A stretch of DNA of 64,000 nt, taken from Macrostomum lignano (Eukaryota). Location of the stretch: contig NIVC01001297.1 in NCBI GenBank assembly GCA_002269645.1, forward strand, positions 97,103 through 161,102. Direction: 5' to 3'. This document shows positions 1 through 13,519 of this stretch, in pieces (within the stretch, counting starts at the first letter, position 1; every line of letters begins with the position of its first letter). The notes below the pieces were generated by a model. It searched no databases. It had not been told where the DNA came from and saw only the letters and a list, made by a program, of their open reading frames with translations. The position numbers and the translations under genes are program-made.

Positions 1-130
1 TATGGGATTATAATGACGGGTGTATGGGATTCTAATGACGGGTTTATGGGGATTCTAATGACGGGTGTATGGGGATTCTAATGAAGGGTTAAATGGAATT
101 CTAATGACGGGTTGGAGGGTATTCTAATGG
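1..130. repeat. Minisatellite, ~22-23 bp unit (GGGATTCTAATGACGGGTGTAT), in the intron following the RING exon
   Basis: Repeated GGGATTCTAATGAC units; same family as the inverted array starting at ~40570. Confidence 0.85.
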
Positions 131-173
131 CTGAGCTTCAAAGCCGTCAGTATAGGGCAAAGAATACACTTAC

Positions 174-797
174 AATGCTAGACGTGGTTTTCTTGTCCTC
201 TCGCTGCTGCTCCGGCGTGGCAGGCGGTGTAACAGCAGCAACAGAAATCCTACCAGACTGCCGCTTCTTCTGCTTGCTAATCTTTACCGGCGGTGTAGCC
301 GCCGCCTCAGCCGACTCCTGTTCTTCCTCCTTTGTTGTTTCCTCGGCAGTGCAAGCCTCGTCATTACCCGCATCGTCTCGCTTGGCCGCCGCTCCGCGTT
401 TCCTACTAGCAGGGCCAGACAGTTTCTGCAGCTGGGGTATCAGGCTGCGCATTTGTTCGATAGACGAGTGGACTAGCTGGTCTTCTGCACCTTCATCTAG
501 CCGACCGGCCAGACTCCAGACTAGTGACAGAACTTCAGTAAGGGTGTCGGAACTCTGTATAGACTTTGAGCCGCCCCTGACTAAACTTTTGCACTCTGGA
601 CAGTGGAATGCGCCGTTTGGTCGCTTGCTAGACAGACAGGTTGTACAGATTGAGTGGCCGCAGGGCAGCACCTGGGTGGCGGGGCTGTCTGCGGTGCAAC
701 AGTCGCTGCCTGAGCAGCAGGATGTGGCCTGGATTACCGAGCTCAGCGTCTTGCGCAAGTTCCACCATTCAGACAGTGACATTGCTATTGGTGGCAT
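174..797 (-). CDS. Exon encoding a RING-finger-like (C3HC4-type) protein; gene continues off the left edge
   Basis: Motif VLPCGHSICTTC...CPEC preceded by CCSGSDCC; ORF ends at a consensus donor (ATT|GTAAGT, intron starts at 173); ATG at 797 (start uncertain). Confidence 0.7.
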
Positions 798-909
798 AAA
801 GATCAATTGAAATTAATGGATTTATTCTGTATAGAATTTTTATACAATACTATAGGTGAGTGTATTTTAGCTATCCGCGCTCATATAACTAAATCCACAG
901 ATAGACAGC

Positions 910-1491
910 CAGGCGCGTCGCCACTAGGGGGGGGGGGGACAGGGCGGACATGTCCCCCCAGTAAAAGCTCTGGGGGACATGCCAATGCTTTGTCTTCCCC
1001 ACCCCACCTTGTGACTCGTGGTAATCAATAATTTTTCTTCAGGGCGCCAAAATATAGCGCCTTTGGCGCCAAAATGAGTGCCTGCGGCGCTAAAAGGAAT
1101 GCCTACGGCCATACATGCGCAACCTTGGGAATCACCCGGCCGTTTCTATTGGCAAAACATACATGTAAGTCGCTATTGGCTGAGAGCAGTCACGTGACTA
1201 CCATTCCGTCCAATAGCGACTTACATGTGTGTGTTGCCAATAGAAACAGCCGGATGAATCCCAAAGTTGCGCCCAAGCATGCCTACGGCGCCAAAATGAG
1301 TGCCTGCGGCGCTAAAATGAGTGCCTGTGGCGCCAAAATGAGTGCCTGCGGCGCTAAACTGAGTACCTGCGGCGACAAAATGAGCACTGACAACACGATT
1401 CTCAAAAAAATGGAAATGTAGGAATTTAGTCATGAACATGTTGAATTCTTGGCTTTGTCCCCCGACCATAAAATCAATGGCGACGTCCCTG
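910..1491. mobile_element. MITE-like element with an internal 21-bp tandem module (GGCGCCAAAATGAGTGCCTGC)
   Basis: Imperfect 14-bp terminal inverted repeats CAGGCGCGTCGCCA / TGGCGACGTCCCTG; no clear TSD. Confidence 0.55.
1110..1281. mobile_element. hAT-type palindromic MITE nested in the 910-1491 element
   Basis: Left end CATACATGCGCAAC as in the 3464 family; near-palindromic body; 8-bp TSD CCTACGGC (1102-1109, 1282-1289). Confidence 0.75.
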
Positions 1492-2097
1492 TAGTCAGTT
1501 AGACAGGGTTGCGCAACTCGTCCAACACTTCTATGTTAACGTTCATAGAAGTGGCATAAAAATACAGAATTTATGGCATTTAATTTTTAGCTGTCAAAAT
1601 AGCAAATAATACTTTGTACTTTTTATCTCTTGATATATTCTGCTCTCAATCAAATCTCAGCTTTCATTTTATGCTTATGGTCTAATTTTGCTTTTGTAAT
1701 TATTCAAATTATATTTAGACTTCAATTCAAGGATAGAACATGGTTCCATCCAAGATTAAAGTATCTCTTTTGTCATTAGTTAAAAAAGTTGACTATATCA
1801 TTTTTCAATATACTCATTGTTTATACTGTCTATTTACATTTTTGTATACTAGAGTTTTTTCCCATCAAGGCCATGGATAAATGGTATCACAGATTGCTTA
1901 TCTGAAAAATGCCTGTGGTCCCTACCCACCCCAATATTGGGATAGTCTCTATTTCAATTAGATTGGCTATGTGCATTTATTAATATTTACCCTGAATCAA
2001 CTATATTGGTATTAGCTTGAATGCTAAAGGACTATAAAAAATCTTGCCTTGAGAGTTTGGATTTTGTTTTCTTTCATTTTTGGACTTCAGGGACATT

Positions 2098-2098
<1 letters not shown>

Positions 2099-2171
<73 letters not shown>

Positions 2172-2176
2172 ACTCT
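2099..2176. repeat. (CA)n-(CT)n compound microsatellite
   Basis: Directly visible. Confidence 0.95.
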
Positions 2177-3463
2177 CCCTAACAGCATAACTTAGTATGA
2201 AAAGGTAAGCAACCCAATGCTGCTAAGATGTTGTAATTTTAACAATTTCTTGTGTGCCACTGAACTTAGCTAAAAGAGTAGAGTAGTACAAAGCTTTTGA
2301 AAGCTATAGAAAACATTTTATTTGCTGAGTGGGTTTGTCTTGGCTGCCTTTCTAGGCAGAGTATAATATTCATCTTTAATATCAAGAGTGACAAATATGA
2401 GGACATATTTTTAACTCAGTATTAAAAAATCTTGAGATATCACTCACAAGTTCATTTTTTCACTAAGCCTCAATGACCAATGTCTCTTTTTGTCTTGTTA
2501 TTGTTATATAAAAATGATTTGTTAGTTTGCTGGCTTAAAAACTTTTTTCATGCTTTGGTCCTTAAGATAGCAGTCACTACTTTCATAAAAATGTTAATAG
2601 TCTAATTAAAAGCCTATAATCTAAACAAGTTTAAAACAAGTATTGCCATTGAATAAAGACTAGTTTAAACATATTGTACATATAATAATAGACATTTAAT
2701 GTTCTAAAGAAATTGGTAATAATATAAAAAAAAAATAGAAAAAAATATGAATCATTTTAATTTCATTTAAGCTAAAAAGCAATAGGTTTTCCATATGCAT
2801 AGATACAATTTTTTATTTGTTTACAAATTTATTAATTAGTAAAGGATGGACAAGCAGAAATTTTGGTCAGCATGAATTTTTTGAAATTTTCAAAGTCAGG
2901 TATGATTGTGATTGTGAATATGAATTTATATTAATATTAATAGTTATACAATACAAGTACAAGTTATAGGCCTACTCCTGCCAAATTCATGTTAAAATGA
3001 ACACTGTGTTATAACCACAACTTGTATATAATTTTATTTCTAAATTTAGACTTTACAATACATTTTAAAAACAATCTTTTCATTCTCTTTCATTTACTAT
3101 GACAATATGTATTATAAGCTTATAAGTTACAAGTATAGAAAATAACAAAACAAGAAAAGAAACCAATATATATTAGATAATAGATACTCAGTAATGCTGT
3201 CAAGTCAACAAATATAAAATATACTATTGCTTTACTCATTTGTGTTCACATTTTTATTTCAGTAAATCAAATAGAAAAGTTATAATTTAAAAAAAATAAG
3301 CAGAAATCCATGACCTCATAAATACATTTCAAAGAAATCACAATTATGAAAAAATGGCTATAAATTCATAAAATAATATCACAATTATGATCACATCCAA
3401 CCCCTATTAATTTGTTTAGTTTGTTTACTGAAACTAATATTAAAAATTATAAAGCTATATAAC

Positions 3464-3767
3464 CATACATGCGCAACAGTCGGCCGAGTCGGCCGATCTG
3501 GCCGACCGCCGACCAATTTGGCAGCCAACCAAGGAAGTCGCAAAAATGCCCACCCAAAAAAACACAAAGTAGTAGTACTAAGTAGCTGACGAAGCATTTT
3601 GGCCTTATAAGACAGTCATAGTTACTCCTGCCGTTTACCCAAAATTGCATAAATTTTGCTTTCGGGTTTTTTTACATGTAAGTCGCATTTTTGGCCAAAA
3701 ACTACGTCGCATTTTTGTTAAAACTAAGTCGCACGGCCGACCAAATTTTGGAGGTTGCGCATGTATG
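3464..3767. mobile_element. hAT-type MITE, 304 bp
   Basis: Perfect 14-bp TIR CATACATGCGCAAC/GTTGCGCATGTATG; perfect 8-bp TSD TATATAAC; inverted sister copy at 58149-58447. Confidence 0.9.
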
Positions 3768-6700
3768 TATATAACAAAAAATATAAATATAGGCCTACTT
3801 ACAATAATATTATTGTTATTAAATGATATGAAAGATTTCTATGTAGTAGTATATGGACATACCCTTTGGCTTTGGTAATAGCCATTTTGTTTTTAAATAG
3901 TTAATTACTTTATCTTAAGGGATATTGAACCTTAACTTTTATAATTTTCTGCAATGGTTAAGTATTGCTTTATTCAATTTTGTTTATTTATAATTCTAAA
4001 GTTGCAATCTTTTGAATTTATGTTTTCCAATCCAAATCTAATTATATCTTTGCTTTTCTTATAGTTGGCATTTTATGAATAGATTCTCTATAGGTTTATG
4101 GTATATGTGTCTAAATATTTTGGGAAAATTCAAAATGATTTGCACGAAAAAACCATAGGCCTATAATTAGTTTTATTTTTTTCTTACATATGCTAATATT
4201 AATAATCTTTTTAAAGAAATTTTTAAATATGAACAAAACAAATCTAAATATGAACAAAACACAAAATAATTACAACTACAAGCTGATATTTTGAAGCACC
4301 TCCTATCACTAAAATGATTATACTCATGAAATCTTTATTTTTTTTATCAAAAATGAAATGTGTTTATAACAAAAGCAACTTGTAACTGAAACAACTATAT
4401 GTCACCCAGGGTCAGGATCGTGTACTGCTGTACACTGGAACAAAAATTGCTTCTGTAGCTCATGCATGCCAATGTGCCAACGAACTTTTTATTGCATACA
4501 AAAATACGCCAAGATAAAAATAACAAACTACAACTAATATTAAAAGCTTGCAAAATTTTAATATTCAAACAACCTATGTGTTAAAACTAAAAATCTTTTT
4601 ACTAAACTGTAAAGAAGTAGTTCACTTTAACTATTTTGGTTTTACTTTTATTTTCTTGGAAAAGTTAAACCTGGTTTTTTAAATTTAGTTTTCCGTTTTT
4701 TTTGTAACGGGCTGGCTATTCTTTCTGATCAAAACTTAGCTATATTGTAACTATGTACATGGAAACTATGCCAAATGCAAACTCAATCATTTTTGTATGC
4801 TAATTATATAGATTGATTGTTGGGACTCGGAACTTTTGGTCCCACATGCTGGTCTCGGCAATCTTTATATGCCAAGCTGTATGCCAAGAGGGCACACTAG
4901 GCGCCTTTGTATGCCAATGTGTAATCCAGGTCCCTCTGTACGCCAGAAAATTCTGGCGTACATGTATACCATCCAGAGTCTGGTATGTCACCAAAATTTC
5001 TGTCACCAAAACGACTTGTCACTAAAACGATTAGTACCCATATAAATTTGTATAGGCCTTAGTCATAAATGTACCGAGTCTCAAATTTTATCAAGTCTAG
5101 CAACTATGAGTGACTATTGACTAGCCCATATTGCAATTTTACACCCTAAGATTAAAGAATCAAGATTATTAGATTAAAATGTCATGCATATTGCAGGTAC
5201 ATTTCATAGCCAAAATTATACTAAGATCAAGAGAAGGGGGACAAAGACTTTAAATTATCTCCAATGCTAGCACTGGAAGCAATTAGCAAAATACAAAAGC
5301 AGTAAAAAATTGCCTCCCTCCAGGTGGCAGGGGAGCATGTCCCCAGTGTCCCCCCTTTGGTTATATCCTTGGCTGTCAGTGCTCATCTTGTTGATTCTTG
5401 TCTTTCCTCTTGTTTCTTGGTTATGATTTTATATTCAGTCCCTGACAGTCACAAAGAAACACGGCCAAGTATGACTAAAAAATATTGAATACTAAGCTTA
5501 GTTTAACTGGTCAAGTAGAAAGGTACTAGTAAAAAAAGAATTTTACATTTTACATTAAATAATACATCAATAATTTTTTTAAAAATTAAATCTTAAGTCG
5601 AAAAAAGCATCTTAAGGAGTTGAAAGTTAAATTTTGATGAAAAACAAAATGGCAATAGAATATTTTATCAGGAAATAAATACTGCAGTCTCCACGCCAAG
5701 CATGTTTTTATTATTTCAGGTACATTTATTTTTAGCATATGAGCTCGCGCATGCATGCACGCATATAATTTTAAATGTGGCGTTTGTAAAGAATTTGACT
5801 TTAAAACAAAGACTGTTACTTACAATTTTAAAGAGCCGTTTGGATCTACTTTATCAAAGCAAAAAAGGCCAGATAGAAAATACAAGATTATTATTTTAAC
5901 AGTTTACTTCATACCACGATGAACATACGTAATTAATTTTATAGATGGACGTTCTTCAATTGATCAAAGGCCAACTAAGTTCTTAATTACATCTGATCTT
6001 AATTAGTCAACTTTCATCGACTAAGGACACTTTTTCTTTCACTGTACGAGCCTAAAAAAGCAAGGCCGCGGTTGGGTTTGCAACAATTCATTGCATTAGC
6101 TCGTATGAACGTGCTTACAACTGAGAGGCGCAATTTCTTACAACTGAGTGTATGAATATAAAGAATGAACTGTTTAGAGTCGAAAGTAATTAATTGTATG
6201 CCTTACCGCTCTGTTTTTAATACATAAAAACAGGAGATACACTAAATACAATAAAATATAGAGAAAAATCATTGGAAGAAAGTACGTTCCACTGAAGCAA
6301 ATTACTATAAAAGCGTCTACTTGGAGGAAAAAAGCGATGTTCTCCGCTCACTTACTAAAAATACGGGGAGAAATCTTATTAGAAACACGCACACAGTATA
6401 AAACAGCACAACATTAACATGCCTCGCTATCACGACAGATTCGTGACAGAGAGGACCTTGAAATTTTCTTTACTTCTGATCTTTTTTATATTTTTCTAAA
6501 AGTACTATCCACTGCTTGAGCTTTTGTCCTTTTGAAGCTCGAATTGCATGTATATTTGACCCTCATATGCAATCAGTGCATGCATTTTCTGGATTTGTAG
6601 TCTCTATGATTCTAGTAGAACTTAGAAATCGAAGTAAGGGTTAATTGAAATTAATTGTAATTCATATTGATCGGGTAGAATCAAGACAAGACTTTTTGTC

Positions 6701-6809
6701 TAGGCGAATGATTTATTAAGAGATGATTATCCAACTTTATAAATCACTAATAGAGAGACAGCATGCATTACCTTACCTCTATTTAGGTAAGTGATGGCCT
6801 TCTGTGACA

Positions 6810-7210
6810 GCAGAGCAGCTCAGCGATAAACGCGTCTGACTCTCGCGCCACGATCCCTGCTGCAGATCACATTCAGTTGGGGCAATTGTGCACGAAAATT
6901 GGCCTTGGCTTGTTGTGCGCGATTCACACCTATAATGGCCAGCCCCTAAGGCGCAGAGAGTGTACATGACTGACAATTAGAAAGTCAGGGCCGCTGTGCA
7001 CCCTGTGTGAGGGTGTGTACATGAGTGCGTGTCTGCATACAGTACCTGCGGGCGCTTCACGTGCTCAGGAGTCAGCGGAACCGAGGCAGAATTGCCTGAT
7101 CGGAGCTGGTTCTGGGACGCTGTCGCCGAAGGTACGACATTAGCCCGCAGGAAATTTGCTCGAGGGAGGTTATATCCCGCTTTGCCCACAGACATTTGGC
7201 GCTCTAATTA
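6810..7210 (+). mobile_element. Diverged relative of the tRNA-derived SINE family
   Basis: Shares blocks (CCCCTAAGGCGCAG..AGTGTACATG..AGGGCCGCTGTGCAC..TGTGTGAG) with copies at 16855, 37501 and 63247. Confidence 0.55.
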
Positions 7211-7759
7211 CAGTATAACCATTAAGCCCAAGACAGAATTACTAGTGTTTAAACTTGGTATTACCGGTAGATAATAATGTAATCATAATCATCGTTATTA
7301 GCATATAGTGCGCATTTCTGCGATGAGACTGCAGGACAGCTGGAGCAGATCAGGTTACTACTACAGGATAACAACGGAAATTGTGTTTTCATACTCGAGA
7401 TTTGGTCGCAGTTTTTACTAAGGAACTGCGTTCCGCTGATTGACTGAATTGACTGCCAAATTACCTGCAATGGATTGGAGTTTTGTAAAATCTAGCTCTT
7501 TGTGAGTCTGCACGTGTGAATGGAGTTTGAAAAGGTTGGAACTATTTGAGGAACTGCACTATCGAGAAGAAAAAATCAAGGAAATACATCATCCTGAACA
7601 GGCAGTGAAGTCTTTTATGATTTAAACCATGCATAACAATGTAACTGGACAGTTAAATGTCTGCAAGAAAGTTTCATACGGGCCAATGTCATAGACACGT
7701 CCACAAAAATGTTACGCCAGGGTGCCCACAATCCTCCTGCGAGTATCTATTTTACTGGA

Positions 7760-8280
7760 TCATAAAGTTACTGGAACTACAGCAGTACTCGAGCATCAAG
7801 TGACAGGAAATACAGCAGTACTCGAGCATCAAGCGACAGGAAATACAGCAGCACTCGAGCATCAAGTGACTGGAACTACAGCAGTACTCGAGCATCCAGT
7901 GACTGAAACTAAAGCAGCACTCGAGCATCAAGTGACAGGAACTAAAGCAGCACTCGAGCATCAAGCGACAGGAACTACAGCAGCACTCGAGCATCAAGCG
8001 ACAGGAACTACAGCAGTACTCGAGCATCAAGCGACAGGAACTACAGCAGCACTCGAGCATCAAGTGACTGAAACTACAGCAGCACTCCAGCATCATCAAG
8101 TGACTGGAACTACAGCAGCACTCCAGCATCATCAAGTGACTGGAACTACAGCAGCACTCCAGCATCATCAAGTGACTGGAACTACAGCAGCACTCCAGCA
8201 TCATCAAGTGACTGGAACTACAGCAGCACTCCAGCATCATCAAGTGACTGGAACTACAGCAGTACTCGAGCATCAAGTGC
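7760..8280. repeat. Minisatellite, 30/33-bp unit (GTGACTGGAACTACAGCAGCACTC(G/C)AGCAT(CAT)CAA)
   Basis: About 16 near-identical units; ORFs on both strands are repeat by-products. Confidence 0.9.
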
Positions 8281-10821
8281 CTGAAACCTGCGCGAAATCA
8301 TACCACCGTAAAACACACTAAACTATGCAGCAAGTTTTTAGCGTTGAAAAAAATAAAGCTAAAAGCGGAGTCGCGCTGAGTGTAACACAACAGCTGCTAT
8401 AATTAGATTCAGTCCATACATGGTCCTCATGATGGGGTGACTACGAGCTAATTGTTAGTAGACTCATAAAATGCTCCGCCGTCTATCTTGTAAGCATGCG
8501 GCGGCAAGTTTTAAGCGTATAACAGAATTTTTTATGACTGAACAAATTAATCTGCGTAAATTGTTAATTTGTTTTAATTAAGTGGGCAGCAAATTGTAGG
8601 CAGTGGCCCCACCTCAAACTCATTGGTCACTTTGGGGGCGCTGCATGGTGACTATTTTTATTATTTTTATTTTTATTAGACTAGATGCTATATAGATCTC
8701 GCAGTTTTGCCCTAGCCCGTTAGGGGCCAGCAAAAAAGATCGGTGCCAAGGCCCAACATTCCGGGCCATCATATTCCCCAGCCTCTAGCCAGCATCGCGC
8801 CATGAGTCGCTTAATTACCAACCGCAGATTCTACTGCCAAGCAGCTGCCGCCTCCGCCAGTGACGGCTCTCAAACATTGCCATCTGCCAAGCCGCACCTC
8901 GCAGTCTACAGCCACTGCCAGCGCTGACTGTATGGAGCCGTTGGTTAATTGTCAGTTAAATTGAGGGTCCGCCGCGCGTCACGAAACAAAACTGCCTCTC
9001 GGAATAGATGGAGATAGGAGAAGGGGGGAGACTGAGCGTCAATGAGGGAGGGGACACTCCAAAATAGACAGAACTGGACTCAAGTCACAATGGCCCGCAG
9101 AAAATGATGACGATAATCACACGGGAGGAGGGGTGCAGGGGGTTTGGAAGTCAGACCCTGGCCCAGTGATCATCATTCATTACCAGGCGAATGAAATATT
9201 CATTTGGCTGCTCCACCCCGCGCGCGGAGCCTGGATGATGGAGCTGGGGAAGGTAAGAAGCTGCCCCATTCCGAGATCCAACACTAACTAATTAATCGCG
9301 ATGGACTGCTCTCCTGAGTCCCGGCCAAGCCGAACACAAAACGGAACTCTTGCACTGGAAGCTGTTTAGTGTTTTTCAGCTATCTCAACCCCTCTCTGCA
9401 TCGCTGGTTCCCCATATTACCAATTTTGTCACAATTTGATGAAGGAAAGAAGCCCCCCCTCCAACCACCCCCTCTGACAAGTGCGGCAAGTGTGCTCCCC
9501 GATAGTCGTCAAGAGGAGGTCGCATGGCAACTATTATCTGTGGGAGAGGGAGGGTTGGCTACCTGGAGTGTGACTACAGCAGCCTGGTTGGCCCAGCTGG
9601 GACGCAGGCTTAGCGCCTCCCAGCAGTGCCGATTGGGTGCCGGACGAAGAGGGGCTGCGAGGTTGCTGCGGCGGCGATGGGGCAGCAGCGGCTGTCAGCA
9701 TTTATGCTGGCACCGGGGCCCAGCGATGCGGGCACTTCGCCATCTCTTCTCTGTCTCGACCGGAGCATAGGCATCAAGGTTGACTGACAGCAACATTCTT
9801 GAATAGGACGCCTCCCAAACCGCCCTGAGCGTTGGTGTTTAAATTCTACCTGTCATACTTGACACAGGTGAGTTAAGAAAGTTGTTTATGCATTCTATGA
9901 GCTAATGCCTCTTTTGTCTATATTTGTCTTTGTAGTTCCCTTAGCCTAAAAAGCGAGGATGCAAAGCAGTCGTTATACAATAGGCTCTTGGGCAACTCTG
10001 AGTGGGGCGAGTGCATGGGCATGGCTAACTCAGCAGGGTAGCTGGCGCAGCATGCGACGTCCAGATGCGGAGTTGCTAAGCACAGAATAATGAGAGTGAA
10101 AAGGAAGACGCAGGAGTAAATGAAGTGGGAGGGGCCGGCAGAGAAGGGAAAACGAAAAGACAGCTTTGGGATTTGGATTTTTGCAAGTTTTTTCTCATAA
10201 AAACAGGAGCTACCTTTCTACACTATTTTTTTACACGATTGGGCTGCCACTCCTGCCAGGAAGGCTGTTGCCAAGGCTTGGAGCAGCTTCACCTTCTTTC
10301 TCTGAAGAGTAAAACCTCATGTATGGATGAGAGTTATGTCATCGATGCTCCACAATAATCTACTGGATAAAATATTGCCAATTGTATTTGACGCAGCACT
10401 GCGGAGCCAAAAGGAGGAGATCAATTCCAGCTGCGCAATCCGGGTCTAGGCTTGAAAAGGGAGAGACTAAGCACACATTGGATTCAAGCCTATTGAATCC
10501 TAACTTACAATGTGTGACAGGTGGGCAAACATACGTCTAGAAAGGATTTAAGCCATTTTGCAAATGAGGGATCTTAAATAAAACATCAACAGCGACAATT
10601 AGACAGACGCCCGATCGGCCCCCTCTAGGATCAACGGAGCTTCAACCTGCAGACCTCATTTCCCTGTGTTTGTCCCTCTTGATTGTTCTCAATCGGATGA
10701 AAGGGCAATCCTGATGTAGCTAAGGAATTCCTCAGCACACACCATTAGTGGGCAATCGTTCATTCCGACAATGTGAGGACAACAGGCGTCTTGGCGTCTG
10801 CTCAGAAGAATCTTTTCCGAG

Positions 10822-10831
10822 TATATATAAA
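10822..10831 (+). promoter_or_regulatory. Candidate TATA box of the prohormone gene
   Basis: TATATATAAA ~85 bp upstream of ATG 10907; TCAGT (Inr-like or acceptor) at 10867. Confidence 0.45.
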
Positions 10832-10906
10832 TTTCCAACGCTGGCCTCAACTCCATCTGCCAATTTTCAGTCGCAACGAAGGTCGAAGCTGAAACCGCGA
10901 GAAACT

Positions 10907-11695
10907 ATGAACTGCGCACTTCAAGTCTGCCTTCTACTTGGTCTTCTGGTGTCCGTCACCAGCGCGGAGGTAAGTTTGCAACTGATTTGCATTCTTTTCA
11001 GTTCCATTGTGTAGCAAACTTGAACCCTGAAAATGCAGAGGCCGCACCACGAGTACGGCGGAGAGTACCACGCCGCTAAACGGGCCGCCCTTGCCGACTT
11101 CCGCAAGCGCTTCAACGGCTGGTACAACGTCGACGCCGAGGAGCGAGGCCGCGCCGGCCATCACCACCGCCATGGCAAGGGCGAGCATGAGGAGAAGCGC
11201 GCCGCCCTGTCCGACTTTAAGCGCGCCGCTCTGTCCGACTTTAAGCGCGCCGCTCTGGCCGATTTCATGCGCGCCTCGCTTGCCGACTTCAAGCGCGCCG
11301 CCTTAGCCGACTTCAAACGTGCCGCTCTGTCCGACTTCAAACGCGCTGCCCTAGCCGATTTCAAACGCGCCGCCCTAGCCGACTTCAAGCGCGCCGCTCT
11401 GGCCGACTTCAAGCGCTCGCACCACCGCCACTCGGAGGGCCACAAAGGCGCCAAGGGCCACCATGTAAGCTGATTGAATGTTGCCTGCAGAACAACCTTG
11501 ACAGTTGGAACTAGGACCAATAAAGAAACAGCATAACCTTATATTATGTATAATATTGAATAATTATTCGCTGCATGACCACTTCAGCACGCCGGCAAGC
11601 ACCACGGCGAGCACAAACGGCAGCTGTACTGGGACATCTGCACCCGCATGGAGAACGGCGAGGAGAAGTACTACGCCTGCCAGAAGAGCCTCTAA
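10907..11695 (+). CDS. Secreted neuropeptide/prohormone-like precursor, 198 aa (exons 10907-10969, 11039-11464, 11588-11695)
   Basis: Signal peptide MNCALQVCLLLGLLVSVTSA; two phase-0 GT-AG introns; 10 dibasic-flanked AALADF/AALSDF/ASLADF peptides whose DNA copies vary mainly at synonymous sites; C-terminal KR-QLYWDICTRMENGEEKYYACQKSL. Confidence 0.85.
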
Positions 11696-13519
11696 GGAGA
11701 CGAACGGCAGTCACGGAGCGTTTTGAAGACACAAGCCACAAGAAAATCAAATTTGTCCACAACGAATTAGCAACTCACAATTTCTATATCTTACTTTTTT
11801 AAAGGTGCGCATGGTTAATCCAAGATGGTGGAGAGTCCTCCCCGCAAGCTGGGAATATTTTAGAACCTGGCCTAGCTAAAGCTGTTGTCTTTAAAACCAA
11901 ATTACAAACTCTGCAATACAGAACGGACTGAAAATCCAAGACCTTTTACGATGTCAATGCTGTTTGCCGTTTCTTATTTACTCCTTTCGTTTTGATGTGC
12001 AAGCATGCCATTCAGACAAGGGGCAGAAATGAATCATGAAGTCAACCCACCATTGAAAAATAACCTTGACGTGATCCCTGTGTGAAATACTATGTATATG
12101 CGCATGCAAACGCAATAATATTTATATAAAATCCCTATTCAACAGAACAATACCATTTCTATCTAATATTCCGTTGCAAACGCCAATTCATACCCCAGCC
12201 TGAGACAGCAGCCTCCAGGACTATCGGCCTGCCACTATCTTAAGCTCCCAATAATAAAGCAAAATTTCTCAATAAAGCGCCAAAAAGTTGAATAAAAATA
12301 TGAAAAAAACAAGTTTTCCGCAAGCACGAGTGCAAAGTGACCTCTTTGTTAATATTTTCCTTGACTATTATTACATCGCTTTGATATAGAATGGAACCCT
12401 CATTTCTTATGGGAGGCTTATATACCTGGCTGTCAGTCTTCACACAGATAATAACTACCTGCGGCTATGCAGCCCACACCTAATAGGACCTTAATAACGG
12501 ATGCCAAGATGGGAAGCCCAAAACTGCATTGCTGTGATGGATGCACTTTGATCACAAGCCGGGGCCAACCGATCCGAGCTCGTTATGCCGCGGCTTGGGC
12601 TCAGACAATCTAGAATCCAGAATCTGACAGGCTGTTAAAAATCTGTCAATTGATTTTTTGAAAAACAATCTTAATGACCCAAGGGACAATGCAATCACCG
12701 GAATGAGATCACCTCCATGTTCTACAAACAGCGCTGAGGCTAATTCTGCCCATTCCGCTGCCCAACTTTCGTGTAAAAAGTTCCAAACTAATACAGCCAG
12801 AATGAGACAAAACTCCATGACAAGAAGTAAACAAACTCAGCGACCGGAATGAAACGAAACTCCATAACGTCATAACCGAAGATCTGCATACTATAATACA
12901 ACTTCTATATTTATTTATTAGGCACGGGGAGTGGATAAAAATAGAAGCAACGAATGCTTTAGATCAGCTGTGCGACAAGCCATGCGAACACAAGAAGACA
13001 CTGCTGTCTTCATCAAGCATGATCTGGGCAGCTGGGCTACCCACTGATATGTCAGCCATCTGATCTCAAAACATTCATCATTGCATATGATATGTGTGTT
13101 GTCAGGTTGATCGCTCCAGCGAATAATGAGAAAAGGCTAGGCGGTAAATTCATAGGTATTTCTCTCAGAGCAATGGGGAGTGAAGAGATGATTCAATTAG
13201 GGCGGCTGTATGAGTGCCAACGCTAGTAGCCTATTCAGCTGAGTACTGACTAACCACCACAAGCTCCGCTTAACTTAGCAATATAGGAGTCTACAGTAAA
13301 ACATCAGTTAAATTAAAAAGCAGAACTTTTCTAACAGCAGAATAATGTTTTCCAATTGCCAAAAATATAATTTATGTACGCTTCGTATATTCTGGAAAAT
13401 CAGAAGTCATCAGTCATGTTCACAACTGGTCATGAGAAGATTTAACAGTGCCAAAATTATGCATGATATCAAAGTATTAAGCATTACCATTATCATTAGT
13501 ACAACTGCGCCAATACCAC

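Noticed and set aside
112-810. 232-aa plus-strand ORF
   Set aside because: Antisense shadow of the RING exon; no motifs
7722-8321. Repeat-protein ORFs on both strands (VTGTTAALEHQ / MLECCCSSSHL)
   Set aside because: Near-identical DNA units with no synonymous-site bias and no gene context; minisatellite by-product
8600-10400. GC-rich patches with a possible minus-strand A-rich tail near 8660 and a short ORF near 9560-9700
   Set aside because: No recognisable protein motif or consistent splice structure
10907-11695. Prohormone gene nested in a GALT intron
   Set aside because: GALT ends at 15059; the genes are convergent neighbours, not nested
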